Origin: Curvularia clavata
Taxonomy: Eukaryota
NCBI GenBank assembly: GCA_023920165.1
Contig: CP089276.1
Span: 1,426,001-1,490,000 of the forward strand
Length of the DNA stretch: 64,000 nucleotides
Direction: 5' to 3'
Shown: positions 59,557 to 64,000 of the stretch, one piece after another
Layout of the letters: each line of letters starts with the position of its first letter
How positions within the stretch are numbered: position 1 is the first letter of the stretch
Made by a program: the position numbers and the translations under genes
The notes under the pieces: model-generated
Database searches by the model: none
Told to the model about the DNA's origin: nothing
The model's input: only the letters and a program-made list of their open reading frames with translations

Positions 59557-62500
59557 ATGGACGCGCCCAATGGAGTGACGAATCCACGCAAGAGGCGACG
59601 AAGAAGGCGTCTTGACCGCCCTCCTATCTCGGCGCGACTGCTGCTTGACGACCGCATCAAGGGCGAAGTTGCGACTCTATCCGAGGATCTGTTCAACGAC
59701 CTGTTTCCTGGTCCCAAGAGCAAGATCAAGGACACTGGTATGTAAAAGAAAGAGGCTGTCAGCAATTGTGGTAGAGGATGGTTAGCTAACAAGGGCAGGA
59801 GTGAACGGAGAAACCCCAGGCCCAGATCGCATCCGACACGTTGCCATCAGCCCGTGGTTCCCAAACTCTGCTGTCGCTGCACAAAGCATCCCGTGGACAA
59901 TCGTTCCTGTACGGCTGGCTGAGAAGACTGAGAATGCCGCTGCGCGCCCCCACTCGTCCCTCCATATCCCGGCCTCATCGCTTGCGCTACAGTCCTTCTC
60001 CCACGTCCTCCAGACCGTCGCCCCAAACAGAGCACAGAGGAGGGATGCGCCAATTGAGGTCCGTATATACGACGTCGTGCCAGTCGGATTGGACACACTT
60101 TATGTCAACCTTGATACCGAAGCACTGAGGAAACTTGACGAAGTGCACGCCAAATTTGGCGGGGGCTTTATCCCCCAGGTCAATGGAGCCTCGCGCGGAC
60201 CCAGGAGTCGGCCCCTGGAAGCCAACGGCGCGAAAGGAAAGCAAGTTGATGTGGCGGCGCAAGAGGAGGTTTGGCGGAAAGCCGTGCGCGAAGCCTTACA
60301 GGTGCCCACCGTCCTTCACACCGGGGACCTGCTTCCCTTGAAACTCCCTGCCCATCCCATCACCCACGTTCCACCTCCTCCAGTCAAGATCACCGCCTGC
60401 GAGCCTGTTTCGCAAGGCTTGTTGTTACCCAGTACACGCATCGTCATTCTGCAGTCACATCGTAGTAGCTCCAAACACCCCGTCATCCTACCTCCTGTGA
60501 AGCAGGCTCCAGCCACGAATGGCTTCGGCGATGACGACGAGGCTGACGATACTTCGAATGATACCTTCTACTCTGCTGCCGAGGACCGGTTGGATTCTCG
60601 CAATGTGTCCCCTCCAGAAGAGTCGACGGACAATTTTGAGTCGGAACTCTCAGAGAGCGATGCTGGGGACCTCTCTGATGAGTCTGACGACATCATCTCG
60701 CTCAATGCACCTATGCTGCCACCTCAGTCGTCAGGCGTGCTTTCATCCTTTACCTCCGCTACCCCGCGACCTGGAAACTACCGTACAAATGGAAATGCCA
60801 CTCCAGGATCGGTCTACTCTAGTTTCACAGCCACCACTGCCCGAGGTCCCGCCAGCAAAAGCAAAGTCTTCAAAGCCCAAGGACTCCTTCAGAAAATCCC
60901 AGATGACTTGGTACACCCAAAGCCCGGTAGCGAGGACGATGAAGAGGCTCGCGTCTTTGTTGATATCAACACATTGGTCAAGGTCGGATGTTTCTCTGGT
61001 GACTGGGTAAAGATTGAGGGTACTGAAGCGCCCTCTTCACACCCCCTTTTCGGCATCGGCGCATTTGGTGGAGTAGATGATGAGGATAGTTCCAACTGGC
61101 GGCCTGTCAGGGTCTTTGGTCTACCAGAAACCATGTCCAAGAAGGTCGCGCGCTATCCAGTGCAGAAAAGTTCAGAGCTTGATCGAAGGAGTAGTTTCTC
61201 AGGCTTTTCGCAGCCTGTCTCCTCGCTACATGCCTATCTCTCGCCCATTCTTCTTGCCAATCTGGGAAGCCCGTCCCACCTCCGCATCACCCCACTCGCC
61301 CCCAATCAGTCATCACATCTCCCAAGGAGTGCAATCCAGAAACCTCGCTTGACTGGCTCGTCACTGCCTCCGCCCGCCAAAGATGTCACACTTCTAAAAG
61401 TGTCAACACCGCTATCGTCTGACCGCCTGCTCCAGCCTAGTCTTTTCGCAGCCCTAAAGGACCATTTTGAGCAGAAGCGAAGAGTCGTGAAGAGCGGTGA
61501 CCTCATCGGTGTTTCCATTGACGAGTCCCTGGGTCGGGCAGTCTTCCAATCCAGTACCGAGGAAGATGCTGGGAATGAGGAGCTGCTCGCCAGGGCCAAG
61601 CCAGGTACAAGCGAGGAGAGCACAAGTGTCAGTAGCCGCAACCCCAAGGTCGTCTCCTGGTTCAAAATCGGCAACGTATCTACATCTTCCCATCAGTCTC
61701 ATGATGGCGAAGAGCCTGATATTTGGGGCGGCGCTGTTACCGTGGATGCTGCGAGTACAAAAATGGAGATGAATGGTAGTGAGCAGGGCAAGACTCCAGC
61801 GCCGATCAACAACGCATGGCAATATTACCTAGGCGCAAAACGAGCTCCTGTCTCCAGTTCCCAAAAGACAATGACTTTGGATGAGCTGCCCAAGCCTTAC
61901 ATCTCACCGCTTCGCCGACGGTTACGAGAACTCATGTCTGTAGCGACGAGCCCCCGGGCCATCCACCTGGGTCTGCCTCCCATTGCGGTATTGATCACTT
62001 CAACTCAGCGCGGAATCGGCAAGGGTACTATGGCGACCAAGGCCTGTGAAGATCTGGGTCTACACACATTCTGTATTGACGCTTTCGACATTGTCACAGA
62101 AGGGGGTGCTGGAGGTGGCGATGTTAAGACTGAAGGATTTCTCAAAGCAAGAGCAGAGCGAGCTTTGGCATGCGGTGCTGAATATACGGCATTGTTGATC
62201 AAACACATTGATGCGCTGACTGCGGACCGTATGAACACTGCGTTAAAAGAGATCCTAGCCGACTCGCGTGTGCTGATTGCAACAACGACCGAAATCGACA
62301 AAGTGCCTGAAGGCATTCGAGGACTCTTCACACATGAAATCGATATGACAGCACCAGATGAGGGCGAGCGAGAAGGCATACTAAGGAGCATCATCGATGA
62401 CTCTGGTATCAGGCTGTCTCCCGATGCCGATTTGGGCAATGTTGCTGTCAAGACCGCAGCGCTGGTGGCAGGCGATCTTGTCGACGTCGTCGATCGGGCT

Positions 62501-63939
62501 TTGGTCGCAAAACAGCAACGTCTCGAAGCTCTTGCAGCGTCTGCGACGAAATCGCTCAAGTCAGGAGATGCGGTAACCATACGGGATATCGAGCTTGCCG
62601 GTGGTCATGTGAGCAACAGTCTCACAAAAGCTGACTTGGATGGTGCCGTCGACGCAGCACGTAAGAACTTTGCCGATGCGATTGGAGCACCTAAGATCCC
62701 CAATGTAGGCTGGTCAGATGTCGGTGGTCTCACACATGTCAAGGACGCAGTCATGGAAACCATTCAGCTGCCGCTGTCGCGCCCAGAACTCTTCGCCAAG
62801 GGTATGAAGAAGCGCAGTGGTATCTTGTTCTACGGCCCGCCGGGAACCGGAAAGACACTGCTTGCCAAGGCGATTGCTACGGAGTTCTCGCTCAATTTCT
62901 TCAGTGTCAAAGGTCCAGAGTTGCTCAACATGTACATCGGTGAGTCTGAGGCCAACGTGCGACGTGTTTTCCAACGCGCTCGTGATGCACGACCTTGCGT
63001 TGTCTTCTTTGACGAGCTGGACTCTGTTGCACCAAAGCGTGGCAACCAAGGCGATAGCGGTGGTGTTATGGACCGTATTGTCAGTCAGCTTTTGGCCGAA
63101 CTGGACGGTATGAGTGACGGAGGAGAGGGTGTCTTCGTTATCGGTGCAACCAACCGACCGGATTTGCTCGATCAGGCATTGCTGCGGCCGGGTCGCTTTG
63201 ACAAGATGCTTTACCTGGGTGTTTCGGATACCCATGAGAAACAGCAAACCATCTTGGAGGCCTTGACGAGGAAGTACGTACCCATGATCTTCTCTACAGT
63301 CTTGCAAGTGCTAACGTGTGTTGTAGATTTACACTCCATCCCTCGCTCTCTCTACAGCGAGTATCTGAAGGTCTTCCTTTCACATACACAGGTGCTGACA
63401 TGTATGCTCTATGTTCGGACGCCATGCTTAAGGCCATTACGCGCAGTGCCCGCATGGTCGATGACAAAGTCAAGGCCTACAACGACGCACACTCATCCAA
63501 TATCACGATTGCTTACTTCTTTGACCACATAGCCACGGAGGAAGACACGGCGGTCATGGTGACGGAGGAAGACTTCATGGAAGCCCATAGGGAGCTCGTG
63601 CCCAGTGTTAGTGCTGACGAACTTCGCCATTATGATCGCGTGAGGAGGCAGTTTGAGGGTGCGGGCAAGAAAGACGATGAACAGAAAGCAAATGGTGGTC
63701 CAGCACCCCAGCAGTCATCAAGCGGGAAGGGCAAGGGAAAGGCCATCGCGCCAGTGGATGAGACTGATGGCATAACCATTCGGGCCGCAAACATCGAGCT
63801 CAATGGCGATGGCGATGGTACAGCACCTGGTAGCGGCAAAGGTAAAGCTGCTACTTCCAACCATGGCAGTAAGAGCAGCGTGGATATTGCCGAGGGCGGT
63901 TTCGGGGAGTCTACCGAAGACGGTGATCTGTACTCTTGA
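59557..63939 (+). CDS. PEX6: Peroxin-6 AAA ATPase, 3 exons
   Basis: D2 domain GAPKIPNVGWSDVGGL, GPPGTGKT, FFDELD, DSGGVMDRIVSQLLAELDG; degenerate D1 (QRGIGK). Introns 59738-59798 and 63274-63326. Confidence 0.97.
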
Positions 63940-64000
63940 TCTTATTCGTTTAACAGAGACATGGCTGGGCATGCTTACGTCAGTATAGCTTTAATACAAC

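Overview
Genomic DNA from a filamentous ascomycete: short GT-AG introns with CTRAC/CTAAY branch sites and RIP-like TpA-rich transposon relics. Pleosporales/Dothideomycetes is my guess from protein style only. About 18 housekeeping-type genes are present: two C2H2 zinc-finger factors, a hypothetical protein, SPC2, EMC3, MDM38/LETM1, ADK2, SNX4, CPT1/EPT1, a GH88/105 hydrolase, two amino-acid permeases, an MscS channel, a questin-oxidase-like protein, alpha-tubulin (tubB type), a sterol-esterase-like lipase, PEX6 and one orphan. Decayed transposons occupy 30-31 kb (Tc1/mariner), 34-42 kb (Gypsy, Copia) and 50-53 kb (Gypsy). The main unannotated signals are: (1) an intronic H/ACA snoRNA in EMC3 with a predicted LSU rRNA target; (2) a ~740-nt strongly self-pairing non-coding segment at 13.5-14.2 kb; (3) a ~0.9-1 kb inverted duplication of the MscS/tubulin intergenic region bracketing a probable ~11 kb inversion; (4) a 2.4 kb microhomology-bounded inversion inside the Copia; (5) a 23-bp motif in ~68-bp periodic mini-arrays at three loci; (6) a 4x repeated TGACTCA+TATA module in front of the orphan gene. 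All alignments and folds were done by eye.
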